The notes: generated by a model from the letters alone, not told the origin. 64,000 bases of DNA from Promethearchaeota archaeon (GCA_030599585.1 JAUVNS010000008.1:9628-73627); one strand, 5' to 3'. Shown: positions 1 to 9,762, counted from the stretch's first letter. A program made the numbers and translations.

Positions 1-552
1 AAAGTTATTGCTGTCTCAGATGTGTCAACAGGAATCTACTATGAAGATGGCTTGGAGATTGAAAAATTACTCGAATGGGTTAAGCAAGGGAATTATTTGA
101 AAGATTATGAAAATGATAAATATAAGCTCATCACTAATCGTGAATTATTAACTACGAAATGTGACGTGTTGGCACCATCTGCAATTGAAAATCAAATAAC
201 TCAAGCAAATGTAAATGAAATAGAATGCAAAATCATAGTAGAAGGTGCTAACGGACCAACAACTCCCGAAGCGGATAAAGTCCTGTTTAAAAAAGAAATA
301 CGCGTCTTACCAGATATCTTAGCTAATGCAGGAGGTGTATGCGTCTCTTACTTCGAGTATGTTCAAGGTATTAATTCATACTTCTGGAAACTAGATCGGA
401 TTAATGAAGAACTTAAACGAATTATACTTGAAGCATTCGAAGAAACATACAAAATCTCAGAAGAGAGGCACATCTCTCTTAGAACTGCAGCTTATATCAT
501 AGCCGTTTCAAGAATTGCAAAAGCAATTGAGTTAAGAGGGATTTTCCCTTAA
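1..552 (+). CDS. gdhA: Glutamate dehydrogenase (Glu/Leu/Phe/Val dehydrogenase family), C-terminal fragment; 5' end outside window
   Basis: Frame 1 is open from base 1 (KVIAVSDVSTGIYYEDGL). GDH-type motifs EGANGPTTPEAD and ANAGGVCVSYFEYVQ. Stop at 550-552. Confidence 0.85.
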   Translation, partial: KVIAVSDVSTGIYYEDGLEIEKLLEWVKQGNYLKDYENDKYKLITNRELLTTKCDVLAPSAIENQITQANVNEIECKIIVEGANGPTTPEADKVLFKKEIRVLPDILANAGGVCVSYFEYVQGINSYFWKLDRINEELKRIILEAFEETYKISEERHISLRTAAYIIAVSRIAKAIELRGIFP

Positions 553-577
553 ATCGTTTTTTCTATTACACTTTTTT

Positions 578-1897
578 TTATAAAGTAAGGGGAATAAGGA
601 TTAACAAATAAAGGCATGAAACTCCAATATGAATAAACGCAAATAAAGCTCCTGTTTTTAGTAACCTTTTAAAACCTAGGTTTTCAACGCCATTATCTTT
701 AGCAACTTTAAGCGTCATCATATCTGCTGCGGCACCGCTAGGTAAGATATTCCCCCCTATATTTACAGCAACGATAAAGGCAAATAGTAGAGGTATTGCT
801 GGAAAGGAAAATTCCTCCATTAAAACATCAATAATCGGTAAAAAGATCAATGCAATTGGCGTATTTGCTATAAAACCAGAAAGTAGGCTAACAAGAATAA
901 GGATTATAAATACTGTTAATATAGGACCAAAGGCTTCGAATGGAATCAGCCCAATAATATCTCGAAACCCAGCTTGCAACATGCAATTAATAACCACATA
1001 CATGGAAATAAAGAAGAATATAATTTCCCATTCAACATCCTTTAAGATTTTCCCCATTGGTTTATTAGTATATTTTCTATTAGCTAAAACTAATATTACT
1101 GCTGCAATTGCAGCTGTAAGATATAGTAAGGGCAAAACGACAAATAAAGTAATTGTAACGAGTATAGCGATGCTATTAAAGTAAAACATTGTTTTATTTT
1201 TGATCACAACATCTGTACTTATTAATTCTAACACGTACTCTCTCTGTTGCTCTTTAATCTCCGGCTCTTTTGAAAGCATTAATTTATCTATCAAAAATAT
1301 AGTTAAAAACAATAATGCAAAAGAAAAAACCCAGAAATATTGGAAAAAAAAGACTGTATCAAGTCCAAACCAAGTAGAGATAATGATATTCTCCCCGCTT
1401 GAGAAGGGCGTAATAATAGAACCGATGTTAATACAAATCGTCATTCCCAATAAGTAAGTACCGGCTCTTATTTTTAAAAAATGACAAAGGCGAACGACTA
1501 CAGGTGCTAAAATAATAACCACGACTACATCACTGATAACCGCCGCTAATAATGTAGTAATAACACAAATTAGATAAAAAAAATAGCGTTGATTTCCTTT
1601 TGAGATTTTAAAAATCTTTACGGCTAGATATTCTAACACGTTTGAATCTTGAGCAATTTTAGATATAATACTCATGCTCATTATAATGATTATTGCTTGC
1701 CATTCAATAGATAATACGAAATTATCAAACCAACTTTCAAAACTTAATGGTACTTCTAATACCAAACCGGTAACAAACGCTGCTACGAACATGCATATGA
1801 GGGAGATTGCTACGAAATCTGCATCTTTCATAGAGTAACTTACAATAATTAATGCAAAGACAATAAAAACAAAAATGAGTAGAGGAAGATTAATCAT
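578..1897 (-). CDS. Polytopic membrane permease, ArsB/NhaD (CitMHS-like) ion transporter superfamily
   Basis: 439-aa ORF with more than 10 hydrophobic segments. Two halves are separated by a hydrophilic loop (KEPEIKEQQREYV). NIGGNILPSGAAADMM-type motif near the C-terminus. Family assigned by resemblance only. Confidence 0.55.
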   Translation of the reverse strand: MINLPLLIFVFIVFALIIVSYSMKDADFVAISLICMFVAAFVTGLVLEVPLSFESWFDNFVLSIEWQAIIIIMSMSIISKIAQDSNVLEYLAVKIFKISKGNQRYFFYLICVITTLLAAVISDVVVVIILAPVVVRLCHFLKIRAGTYLLGMTICINIGSIITPFSSGENIIISTWFGLDTVFFFQYFWVFSFALLFLTIFLIDKLMLSKEPEIKEQQREYVLELISTDVVIKNKTMFYFNSIAILVTITLFVVLPLLYLTAAIAAVILVLANRKYTNKPMGKILKDVEWEIIFFFISMYVVINCMLQAGFRDIIGLIPFEAFGPILTVFIILILVSLLSGFIANTPIALIFLPIIDVLMEEFSFPAIPLLFAFIVAVNIGGNILPSGAAADMMTLKVAKDNGVENLGFKRLLKTGALFAFIHIGVSCLYLLILIPLTL

Positions 1898-2015
1898 TTC
1901 TCTAAATTAAGATGATAGTTTTATATTAATATTGGTTAATAAAGAGTTTTTAATAAACCTAATTAAAATACATTTTCAAGGTTTTTAGAATACATCGACT
2001 ATTTCATAGATAAAT

Positions 2016-2864
2016 CTATTTAAATAGAAATAGTTGTAGAAGAAATTTGAATAGGTTTAATTCGTTTAGTAGATTGATATTTGAAATTAGATATTCAAAA
2101 ATGTTCTCTTCAATAAAATAGTGCAAGGTCACATAATAACCTTCTTCTTGCTTTATTTTGCTTACAAGCCGGCTAATAAGATTAATAATTTGCTTTTCAA
2201 CGACAAGCATATCGCAATTGGTAGGATCTATATTTATGATATTTATACCAGAAGTGCGACTAAACGATATTTTACTTAATTCCGGATTATTTTGAACATA
2301 TTTGTGATTCAAATAATTAGTAAACATGTCTTCTATCTGATTGTACATTTCGGTTTTTTTCTCAGCCGTAAAGTGCCCTTCAATTACATTCATGAGTAAA
2401 TTCAGAATTTGTTGAAAGACTCCTAGAATATCAAAATATTCAGCAATCGTTGAAATATTTTCAGCAGTTAACCACTGGGTGTAATACTCATCGATTGTAT
2501 CTTTAAATGCACTAAAATGTTCGGTGTTGCCTTTCCATAAGCTTTTCCATTCATCTCTATTTTTAGAAACGTAACGTTCTAAGAAGGATTGCATAATAAT
2601 GTTAAGTCGAGCTTTTAACATGTTTGAACTGATATTTTTTTCTGAGGTTGCAACAAACAATAAGTTTGCATCTTTTTCCTCTAAATATGACCATCTTAGG
2701 CCACCCATTTCGATGCTTTCAATACCTTCTTTTAATTCATAGGTCGTAAACTGATTAAGGGCTGCTAGTAAACCACTGATAAGATCTTCGTCTATTGGTA
2801 AATCCATATATGCCTTGTATAGCAATGTAATACCGCTTTCTGAATCAAGAATCCATATATTCAT
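2016..2864 (-). CDS. Hypothetical protein with N-terminal roadblock/longin-like domain
   Basis: 282-aa ORF. The N-terminal ~100 aa (MNIWILDSESGITLLYKAY...DEDLISGLLAALNQFT...IESIEMGGLRWSYLEEKDANLLFVATSEK) follows the beta-beta-alpha-beta-beta-beta-alpha pattern of roadblock/longin-type domains. The C-terminal part is helical. Confidence 0.45.
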   Translation of the reverse strand: MNIWILDSESGITLLYKAYMDLPIDEDLISGLLAALNQFTTYELKEGIESIEMGGLRWSYLEEKDANLLFVATSEKNISSNMLKARLNIIMQSFLERYVSKNRDEWKSLWKGNTEHFSAFKDTIDEYYTQWLTAENISTIAEYFDILGVFQQILNLLMNVIEGHFTAEKKTEMYNQIEDMFTNYLNHKYVQNNPELSKISFSRTSGINIINIDPTNCDMLVVEKQIINLISRLVSKIKQEEGYYVTLHYFIEENIFEYLISNINLLNELNLFKFLLQLFLFK

Positions 2865-2950
2865 AATATAACGTGTTTTTAGAAATTACAATTAGATATA
2901 TAAAAGCACGCGTTAATAAATGATTATTTTTAAATAAAATTTTAAAAATA

Positions 2951-3445
2951 TCACAAAAAATCTTTTAAATCCTTTATTTTGCAATATTTTTCAATATTTC
3001 TTAACATTTCAGAGATTTTATTTTGTAGAACTAAATCACCTACACCGGCTATACTGCGTAATACATCGCTACTAAGCGTAAAAGTTTCCACAAATACTCC
3101 AACTTTTGATTTATTGGGAGATAAAGGTTTGATACGTATTCTTCCTTCCAATTCTCGAATATCTTTATTGTTTCTCACATTAAATTCGATGAGATGTCCT
3201 TTACCTGGATCTTGACCCTTATCAGAAAGTATCAATTCTCCCTCCATTTCGATTGGAATTTTTATTAAGTCTACTTCATCGTATATCTTGGTATGTAGTA
3301 CGTTTGGTGCCGTAAACTTTGCTTCCATTTTTTTGGAGGGGTTAATCTCTTCCCAAAATTCTGCTTTATAAAGTGCTTTAAGGAGTGTGCCGTCGTTACA
3401 GTTATCTATTTCTAAAACTTTCGATATTTTAGTCATAATTCTCAC
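2951..3445 (-). CDS. Hypothetical protein (possible SRPBCC/START-like fold)
   Basis: 164-aa ORF with a clean intergenic context. Alternating beta-rich core plus long C-terminal helix (DLVLQNKISEMLRNIEKYCK). Fold assignment is a guess. An alternative ATG lies at 3436. Confidence 0.4.
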   Translation of the reverse strand: MRIMTKISKVLEIDNCNDGTLLKALYKAEFWEEINPSKKMEAKFTAPNVLHTKIYDEVDLIKIPIEMEGELILSDKGQDPGKGHLIEFNVRNNKDIRELEGRIRIKPLSPNKSKVGVFVETFTLSSDVLRSIAGVGDLVLQNKISEMLRNIEKYCKIKDLKDFL

Positions 3446-3641
3446 CTTAATTTATAATGAGTATGATTTACTAATAAAAATCGAAAGTTTTTAACCTTTT
3501 ATGTTAATAAATACAAAAGGTAGAATGGTAGCCTCAGACTTCCTTGATTATTTCATTTTTTAGACATTAAATCATTTTAAATTTGTCATCATTGGCTCTT
3601 ATGCAAATCTCTATTATTTAAAAAATAAGATTGATTTTAAT

Positions 3642-3845
3642 TTACTGGTCCCGAAATAGCATACTTTTATCTAGTTGTCGTTCTTCTTTACAATTGGGGC
3701 ATATCCAAGTTGCATCGTTTTTTTTTATCGAATTAATGCACACGTCACATACAAACGTGTCGCAAATGCAGTAATAGCATCTATCTAGTATATTTTCACA
3801 GTTTTTTCCACATATAAAACAAAATGGTGGAGGATTTTTGGACAT
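3642..3845 (-). CDS. Cysteine-rich zinc-binding mini-protein (treble-clef / RING- or PHD-like spacing)
   Basis: 67 aa with 10 Cys: C9xxC12, C16, C23xxC26xC28, C33xxC36, C49xxC52 (FCFICGKNCENILDRCYYCICDTFVCDVCIN...WICPNCK). Confidence 0.55.
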   Translation of the reverse strand: MSKNPPPFCFICGKNCENILDRCYYCICDTFVCDVCINSIKKNDATWICPNCKEERQLDKSMLFRDQ

Positions 3846-3926
3846 ATCTATAGTACGATTTAAATTCTTTTATAATATACAGTATTATGTTTATTATTAA
3901 TTAAATTTAACAACATTCTGAAGATA

Positions 3927-4112
3927 ATGGATAAGCTTAGGTCACGAATTCAATTACTCTCCCTGCTCATAATATTCTTTATATATAAAACGATTTCAGC
4001 AGTGTTTGACAATAATTCTCCAGAATTTACGCTTTGGTTTCTGATCTCTATAAGTTATGCGATCTCTCTTATGATTTTATATATAGTTTTCAGACGTAGA
4101 GAAAATTTTTAA
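3927..4112 (+). CDS. Small two-TM membrane protein (hypothetical)
   Basis: 61-aa ORF with two hydrophobic stretches (LLSLLIIFFIY, LWFLISISYAISLMILYIVF). No homology recognised. Confidence 0.3.
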   Translation: MDKLRSRIQLLSLLIIFFIYKTISAVFDNNSPEFTLWFLISISYAISLMILYIVFRRRENF

Positions 4113-4167
4113 ATCCATTCATTTGGAGCCAAGAAATAAGCATAAATAAATTTTGGGATGTTTTGAT

Positions 4168-4437
4168 TCATTTGCTTTTTTTTTTAAACATGTCAGGTAT
4201 TAAACCCTCTATTCCTAAGCTTTTTAATACACTATCCCTAATATCGACTTGAACTCTCATGTCACGCATTACTTTTAATGTATCACCTAAAGTTTTTGAG
4301 AAAGTATCGCTCATTTCCTTTATAGAGTCTGATGTTAGTTTTAGAGATTCACGAATCGCTAAGTTAGTTTCATGCAATTCAGCAGTTAACGCTTCCATAG
4401 TCTTTCTCATTTCCGAGAGTTCTTCTTTCAGTCCCAT
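4168..4437 (-). CDS. Small coiled-coil protein (hypothetical)
   Basis: 89-aa ORF, heptad-like charged and hydrophobic pattern throughout, basic tail KKKSK. Confidence 0.4.
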   Translation of the reverse strand: MGLKEELSEMRKTMEALTAELHETNLAIRESLKLTSDSIKEMSDTFSKTLGDTLKVMRDMRVQVDIRDSVLKSLGIEGLIPDMFKKKSK

Positions 4438-5204
4438 TTTAACTCAACATTAACAAATATTCTAATAATATTCTTAAAGTTAGTTTGATTTAAAGTTTTT
4501 TTTATCCGAGAGTCTATCTAATAGCTTTATCAAATATAATCAACTATTCTTTTAAGAATCCATTACTATATAAAATCAATAATAAGAAGAAACTTGTGAA
4601 TAGTATGTCGGAATGGAAAAGCAGAGTTAAAGAACCAGTTTCAAACGAGTATTACTGTACGGGCTGAAGTATGGCCGATGGATTTATAAAATTAATCAAT
4701 TTACTAAAACAAAAACGGAAAGAAAAAAAATCAAAAAAAAATCTCATAGATTAAATCAAAAATATTAGGATTTTATCTGAAGTTCCGCAAGAGCTCGAGA
4801 TTCTACCAAAATTGAAGGAAAAAGGAATTTTTAGAAAAAAAATAAATTAGTTTCGTGAACAATAATAGCCTTCTAAATCCTTATTTTTTATAAAACGCAC
4901 CCTTAATAGGCTTATTTTTTCTATATTACTTAATATGTAATATAATAGTGATTAAAACTTATGTCTGAGGAAGAAAACGAATTTGATTTCGGTTTTGATG
5001 ATGATTGTTACTCAACCAGTTGATCGTTAATCAGTATGTGGTACTTAAGAGCATTGAAATTACGTAAAACTGAAGAAAATAAAAAATCCCATAAGAATTA
5101 AACAAAATTAAATCTCGATGGTTAAGTCGTTAAATGGTAGGATTTGATCAATAAGGTCCTCGCAAGGACTTGAGATAAAACAATTTTTTTTATTTAAATA
5201 AATA

Positions 5205-6569
5205 TTAAACAGGTCTTTTGGCACCTTCTCCGACTTTTCGGTAAATGAAGCCTTTTTCTTCAACAGTTTTCTTATCAAATATGTTTCTTCCATCAATAAT
5301 TATTGGAGTATTTACTCTTTTTTTAAGATCATCCAAATCTATATCGTAATATTCAGTATGATTCGTCGTGAAAAGTAAAACATCTGCGTTATCGACAGCT
5401 TCGTTAAAATCGCTTGTAAGATCAGTAAGGTTATAATCTCGCTTTTTTACATAAGGATCGTGTGCTAAATAGACGATATTGTGGGAATGGTATCGTGCTT
5501 TTAGGATTTTTACAATATTTTCAGTTGGAGTATTTCGGGTATCGTCAGTATTTGCCTTATAAGAAACGCCTAAAAGAGTGATTTTAATGTTGTCTACTAA
5601 CTGATGCGAATCTCTAAATACATTTTCCATTAATTCTATCATATGATATGGCATGAAATCGTTTATTTTTCTCGCATCAGGAATTATTTTCATTTTTGAT
5701 TCGTTAATTCTTTCGGTATATTTGTTAAAACCGTAGAGTAAGAGCCAAGGATCCTTCGTGAGACAATGTCCTCCTACTCCTGAACCGGGATAATGCATCA
5801 TTCTGTCATGACGGTGATTGATTAAAGTTATAATTTCGAATATATTCCTATTGAAATCTTCACATAGTAAAGCCATTTCATTTGCAAATGCGATATTTAC
5901 ATCTCTATATGAATTTTCTATGCATTTTGTTAGTTCTGCTGTAAGCGTATCCGTTACTTGTAGTTCTTTTTTAACGACCTTACCATATAAAAATTTACCT
6001 TTTTCATTGGCTTGTTCGCATCCACCTCCTATTACGCGAGGAAAATCCGTAATATATTCAATTAATTTCCCTGGCATAACTCTCTCAAATGAAAACACTA
6101 AATAAAAATCAGAACCTCTTTTTAGTCCACTTTCTTCCTCCAATATAGATTGAACAATGTTATCTGTTGTTCCAGGGGCTACCGTAGATTCAACTATTAT
6201 TGTTGCTCCCTTTTTTATATGTTTGGCAATTCTTTTGGATACTTCTTTTAAGGACGCATATCTTGGAACTTTTTCGTCATCAACGGGAGTTTGAACATCA
6301 ATCAATATGAAATCAGCCTCGCTTACATCATCGTAGTTATCAGTAACTTTAAATTTTCCGGCTTTTACTACTCTCTCAATCAGTTCATCTAGACCTGGTT
6401 CTTCTCCCTCGTAAGGATTCTTACCGTTATTAAGCCACTCAATTTTCCATGAGGATCTATGTGATCTCCTCTGAATTCCTGTAACATAAAAATCCTCAAC
6501 ATCAGCCAATAAAGCTGCCATAGGAATCCCAACATATCCCATTCCAATTACTACTATTTTTGTCGTCAT
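5205..6569 (-). CDS. Nucleotide-sugar dehydrogenase (UDP-glucose/GDP-mannose/UDP-ManNAc dehydrogenase family)
   Basis: N-terminal Rossmann motif KIVVIGMGYVGIPMAALLA. Catalytic-region GGHCLTKDP with conserved Cys. C-terminal UDP-binding domain (HDPYV...). Confidence 0.9.
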   Translation of the reverse strand: MTTKIVVIGMGYVGIPMAALLADVEDFYVTGIQRRSHRSSWKIEWLNNGKNPYEGEEPGLDELIERVVKAGKFKVTDNYDDVSEADFILIDVQTPVDDEKVPRYASLKEVSKRIAKHIKKGATIIVESTVAPGTTDNIVQSILEEESGLKRGSDFYLVFSFERVMPGKLIEYITDFPRVIGGGCEQANEKGKFLYGKVVKKELQVTDTLTAELTKCIENSYRDVNIAFANEMALLCEDFNRNIFEIITLINHRHDRMMHYPGSGVGGHCLTKDPWLLLYGFNKYTERINESKMKIIPDARKINDFMPYHMIELMENVFRDSHQLVDNIKITLLGVSYKANTDDTRNTPTENIVKILKARYHSHNIVYLAHDPYVKKRDYNLTDLTSDFNEAVDNADVLLFTTNHTEYYDIDLDDLKKRVNTPIIIDGRNIFDKKTVEEKGFIYRKVGEGAKRPV

Positions 6570-6699
6570 TTTCTTAAATTAAAAATGAGGTCTATTTTTG
6601 AATTATTGAAGTAATATTGAAACAAATTAATCATAATTCAATAAATTATAGGTTAGGAAGTAAAAAAAAAATAAAAATTTAATTATTTGTTTTTCATAA

Positions 6700-7371
6700 T
6701 TACTTCGGCTTTTTCTTATAAGAAGTCCCTTTTACAGCCTTAAACATAAATGCCATTATAGCTCCCGCAACAAAACCTCCCACGTGGGCAAAGTGAGCTG
6801 TTCCAGTTAATTCAAACGAGAAAAATGCGTAGGTTAATTCCGCGATAAAATACGTAATAATAAAATAACTAGCAGTTACTTTACGCATGTAAGTTCCGGT
6901 TGGGAGATAAAACTTATTGGAAGGATAAAGTATTGCATAAACAGCCATAAGACCAAAAATCGCTCCGGACGCTCCAAGTGAAGGGATAAATTGAGCTATT
7001 GTGACTCCCCAAACTGGAATAAAAACCGTGCTCCAAGCGTGGAGTAAAGTGGCAAATATACCCGAGACGAAATACGTTATTAAATAAAAGACATGCCCCA
7101 TTGCGTGTTCGCAATTATCCGTAATAACCAGAAAAAACCACATATTCATAATTATATGCATTAAATCTCCATGCATAAACATTGAAGTGAATATAGTCCA
7201 CAGTTTCTCCCCTGCAAAGAATTCAGCAGGCACAAAAGCGTATTCAATGTGCATTTGCCCCGTAGGATCCATCATTTGCCACACAAATACTGCTATGTTC
7301 GCAATCAATATTATTACGGAAAAATATTGCTTAAAAAAAGAAATTTTGTCGTCAGTTGCTTCTAAAACCAT
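6700..7371 (-). CDS. Rhomboid-family intramembrane serine protease
   Basis: Six TM segments. HxxxN-like region (MHGDLMHIIMNMWF), catalytic GASGAIFG serine motif and downstream AHVGGFVAG histidine motif. Confidence 0.9.
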   Translation of the reverse strand: MVLEATDDKISFFKQYFSVIILIANIAVFVWQMMDPTGQMHIEYAFVPAEFFAGEKLWTIFTSMFMHGDLMHIIMNMWFFLVITDNCEHAMGHVFYLITYFVSGIFATLLHAWSTVFIPVWGVTIAQFIPSLGASGAIFGLMAVYAILYPSNKFYLPTGTYMRKVTASYFIITYFIAELTYAFFSFELTGTAHFAHVGGFVAGAIMAFMFKAVKGTSYKKKPK

Positions 7372-7488
7372 TTTAAATCATCAATTATGTATTATTTGAA
7401 TAATTATTTAATATATTGAATTGATTTTAAGAGTTATTTAAAATTTTCTTAAATAATTAATAAATACTAATTAATGCTTATTTAAACT

Positions 7489-8673
7489 ATGAAACTAGGT
7501 AAATCGAGTTTAAACGATATCGCAAAGATACAACCCGATTCCGTGAAAAGAAGAAGAATTTCGAGTTATGACGCTTCTGGTGGCAACCATGATTGGGTTG
7601 ATATTGAACCAGAGGAAAAGGTTGTAATAGCCGAAGTGAATGATCCAGGTTGTATTACTCATATTTGGTGCACAATTTTATGCAAATCACGCTATTATTT
7701 AAGGAATATCATACTTAGAATGTATTGGGATAACGAACAAGAGGATTCTCCAAGTATAGAAGCACCTATAGGAGATTTTTTCGGATTAGGTCATGCCAAA
7801 CATAAAAATTACATTTCTTTACCGCTCCAAATGAGTCCTCAGTGGGGAAAAGGATTTAATTGTTGGTGGCCGATGCCTTTTTCAAAAGGATTCAAAATTA
7901 CAGTAGAAAACGATAATTCAAAAACAATGAGGTTCTTTTTCTATATAGATTACGAAATATATCAAGAAGGATTTGAAAACGAAAAAGATTATGGGCGTTT
8001 TCACGCACTTTGGCATCGAGAAAATCCAACGATACCTAAAAAGAAAGATAGTAACACGGGTAAGAAATTCACTAAAATCAAACCTAAAAACTATGCCTAT
8101 AGTGGAGATAATATCGAAGACCCTCGATCTCAGAATTACAAAATTCTCGAAGCCGCTGGAAAAGGTCATTTTGTAGGATGTCATTTAGATATTGATAATA
8201 TAACATTTCTCCCATGGTATGTAAATTGGCCAGGTGAAGGCGATGATATGATATACATTGACGAGGATATCGATAAAGGTATTCCGACTCTCCATGGTAC
8301 GGGCACAGAAGATTATGTAAACCAATCTTGGGCGCAATTTCAGAAATATCATGCTCCCTATCACGGTACAATCAAAGCGGGGGGAATAAATTGGTGGGGA
8401 AAAATTTCTTATTACAGATACCACATTGAGGATCCAATCTATTTCAACAAAAAAATTCTTGTTACCATTGAGCATGGACACGATAATCACCGTAGAGACG
8501 ATTGGTCGTCCACTGCGTATTGGTATCAGATAGAACCACACGACCAGAATTTATTCCCTACCTTATTGGATAAAAAAGGAAGAAAACCACGCTTTCACTA
8601 TGCACATATGGTTAGAAGAATATTTTGTATTGGCTTAATAATTACAATTGCATATTTTTGGATTTTTCTTTAG
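7489..8673 (+). CDS. DUF2961 / GH172-family glycoside hydrolase-like protein with C-terminal hydrophobic anchor
   Basis: Typical DUF2961 N-terminus (SSYDASGGNHDWVDIEPEEKVVIAEVNDPGCITHIWCT) and GTGTEDY motif. The last ~20 aa are hydrophobic (IFCIGLIITIAYFWIFL). Confidence 0.8.
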   Translation: MKLGKSSLNDIAKIQPDSVKRRRISSYDASGGNHDWVDIEPEEKVVIAEVNDPGCITHIWCTILCKSRYYLRNIILRMYWDNEQEDSPSIEAPIGDFFGLGHAKHKNYISLPLQMSPQWGKGFNCWWPMPFSKGFKITVENDNSKTMRFFFYIDYEIYQEGFENEKDYGRFHALWHRENPTIPKKKDSNTGKKFTKIKPKNYAYSGDNIEDPRSQNYKILEAAGKGHFVGCHLDIDNITFLPWYVNWPGEGDDMIYIDEDIDKGIPTLHGTGTEDYVNQSWAQFQKYHAPYHGTIKAGGINWWGKISYYRYHIEDPIYFNKKILVTIEHGHDNHRRDDWSSTAYWYQIEPHDQNLFPTLLDKKGRKPRFHYAHMVRRIFCIGLIITIAYFWIFL

Positions 8674-8757
8674 TTTTTTGACTTTATTGTTTAAAAAATG
8701 AGCTGAAAAAACCAACAAGTGAAAATTATAAGATATAATACTTTTCACCTAATATCT

Positions 8758-9762
8758 ATGTCAGAAGTTACTTTAATTAACGCAATTGTTGGAATAATTC
8801 TTGCTTTAATCACTACTTTTTGTTTCAATATAGGTATTGTCTATCAAAAAAAAGGTCTGAAAGAAGCTGCATTAAAGGGTATTGAGATAAAAACTGAAGA
8901 AGGCTTGGTCAGCATAATAAAAACGTTTCTGAAGTTATTTAAAGTTAGATCATGGGGTATTGGTGCGATTTTAGGAGTCGCAGGTTGGTTTCCGTATATT
9001 ATTTCTATTGGACTGGTTGGAGTTCTAGTTACGGAACCGGTTATGGCGACAGGTTTTATATTTTTTGTATTTGCAGCTATGAAAGTATTAAAAGAGAGAG
9101 TAGGTATTGTCGAGTACATTGCTATAGGAATACTAACGGTTTCACCAATTCTCATTGGAGTTGCCGGGATATCTGATGTTGAATTAGATCTAGTCGAATT
9201 TGTACCTTCACTTGTTATATTTTTAGCAATCTCGGTTTCCCTCAGCGTTATATCTTTGACACTCGCAAGGAAAAAAAGAGGTAAGAGCTCTGAGGGACTC
9301 TTTATAATGTTTGGAGGTGCTATTCTTTTCGCTCTCGGAGGATCTGCTACAAACATATTAGCTCAAGCGTTAATTCAAGCAGGTGATTTTCAATGGTATA
9401 CAATATTCCAATTACCTTTTGGTATATTCTGGTTTATATTTGCAGGAAATTACATTGTTTTATGGGTATTTTTAGGATTTTGGATGATGGCTGTTTTCAA
9501 CCTTAGTAGTCTTCCGTATTATCAAAGTGGGTTCCAGAAAGGGAAGATTCTTATAATGTATCCAATATTAGATTCAATTGCTTTATTATTTCCCATTTTT
9601 GCTGGTATTTTCGTATTTAAGCAAACATTTGCGAATTTTCCGTTATTTTTTATCGCTTTGCTTTTTACTGTTTTTGCTACAATAGTCTTAAGCAAGTATC
9701 AAGTTGCAATCGAGGAAATGGATACTACTGGTAACCCAACTAAGGAAGATCTACCTAGCTAA
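8758..9762 (+). CDS. Polytopic membrane protein, DMT/NIPA-like transporter
   Basis: About 9-10 TM segments. N-terminal NIGIVYQKKGLKEA resembles the NIPA/DMT motif. The ORF opens at GTG 8719; the first ATG at 8758 is used here. Confidence 0.5.
   Translation: MSEVTLINAIVGIILALITTFCFNIGIVYQKKGLKEAALKGIEIKTEEGLVSIIKTFLKLFKVRSWGIGAILGVAGWFPYIISIGLVGVLVTEPVMATGFIFFVFAAMKVLKERVGIVEYIAIGILTVSPILIGVAGISDVELDLVEFVPSLVIFLAISVSLSVISLTLARKKRGKSSEGLFIMFGGAILFALGGSATNILAQALIQAGDFQWYTIFQLPFGIFWFIFAGNYIVLWVFLGFWMMAVFNLSSLPYYQSGFQKGKILIMYPILDSIALLFPIFAGIFVFKQTFANFPLFFIALLFTVFATIVLSKYQVAIEEMDTTGNPTKEDLPS

Noticed and set aside
981-1457. ORFs 981-1184 and 1200-1457 on the + strand
   Set aside because: They lie entirely inside and antisense to the 439-aa permease gene. 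Their composition is low-complexity and AT-biased, typical of shadow ORFs.
4990-5075. Possible C/D-box sRNA (UGAUGA near 4995, CUGA near 5069)
   Set aside because: The spacing (~75 nt) is too long. No convincing D' / C' boxes or terminal stem. TGATGA also occurs by chance in AT-rich DNA.
5108-5296. 62-aa ORF overlapping the 3' end of the nucleotide-sugar dehydrogenase
   Set aside because: It overlaps the conserved C-terminus of a confident gene in another frame. No support.
7918-8541. Cluster of overlapping ORFs (7918-8184 -, 7973-8176 +, 8084-8371 -, 8185-8541 -)
   Set aside because: All are nested within the well-supported DUF2961 gene in other frames or on the other strand, with no recognisable motifs.
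8844-9356. 170-aa antisense ORF and 74-aa + ORF (8952-9176)
   Set aside because: They are embedded in the DMT-like membrane protein gene. They are antisense-frame artefacts of a hydrophobic coding region.
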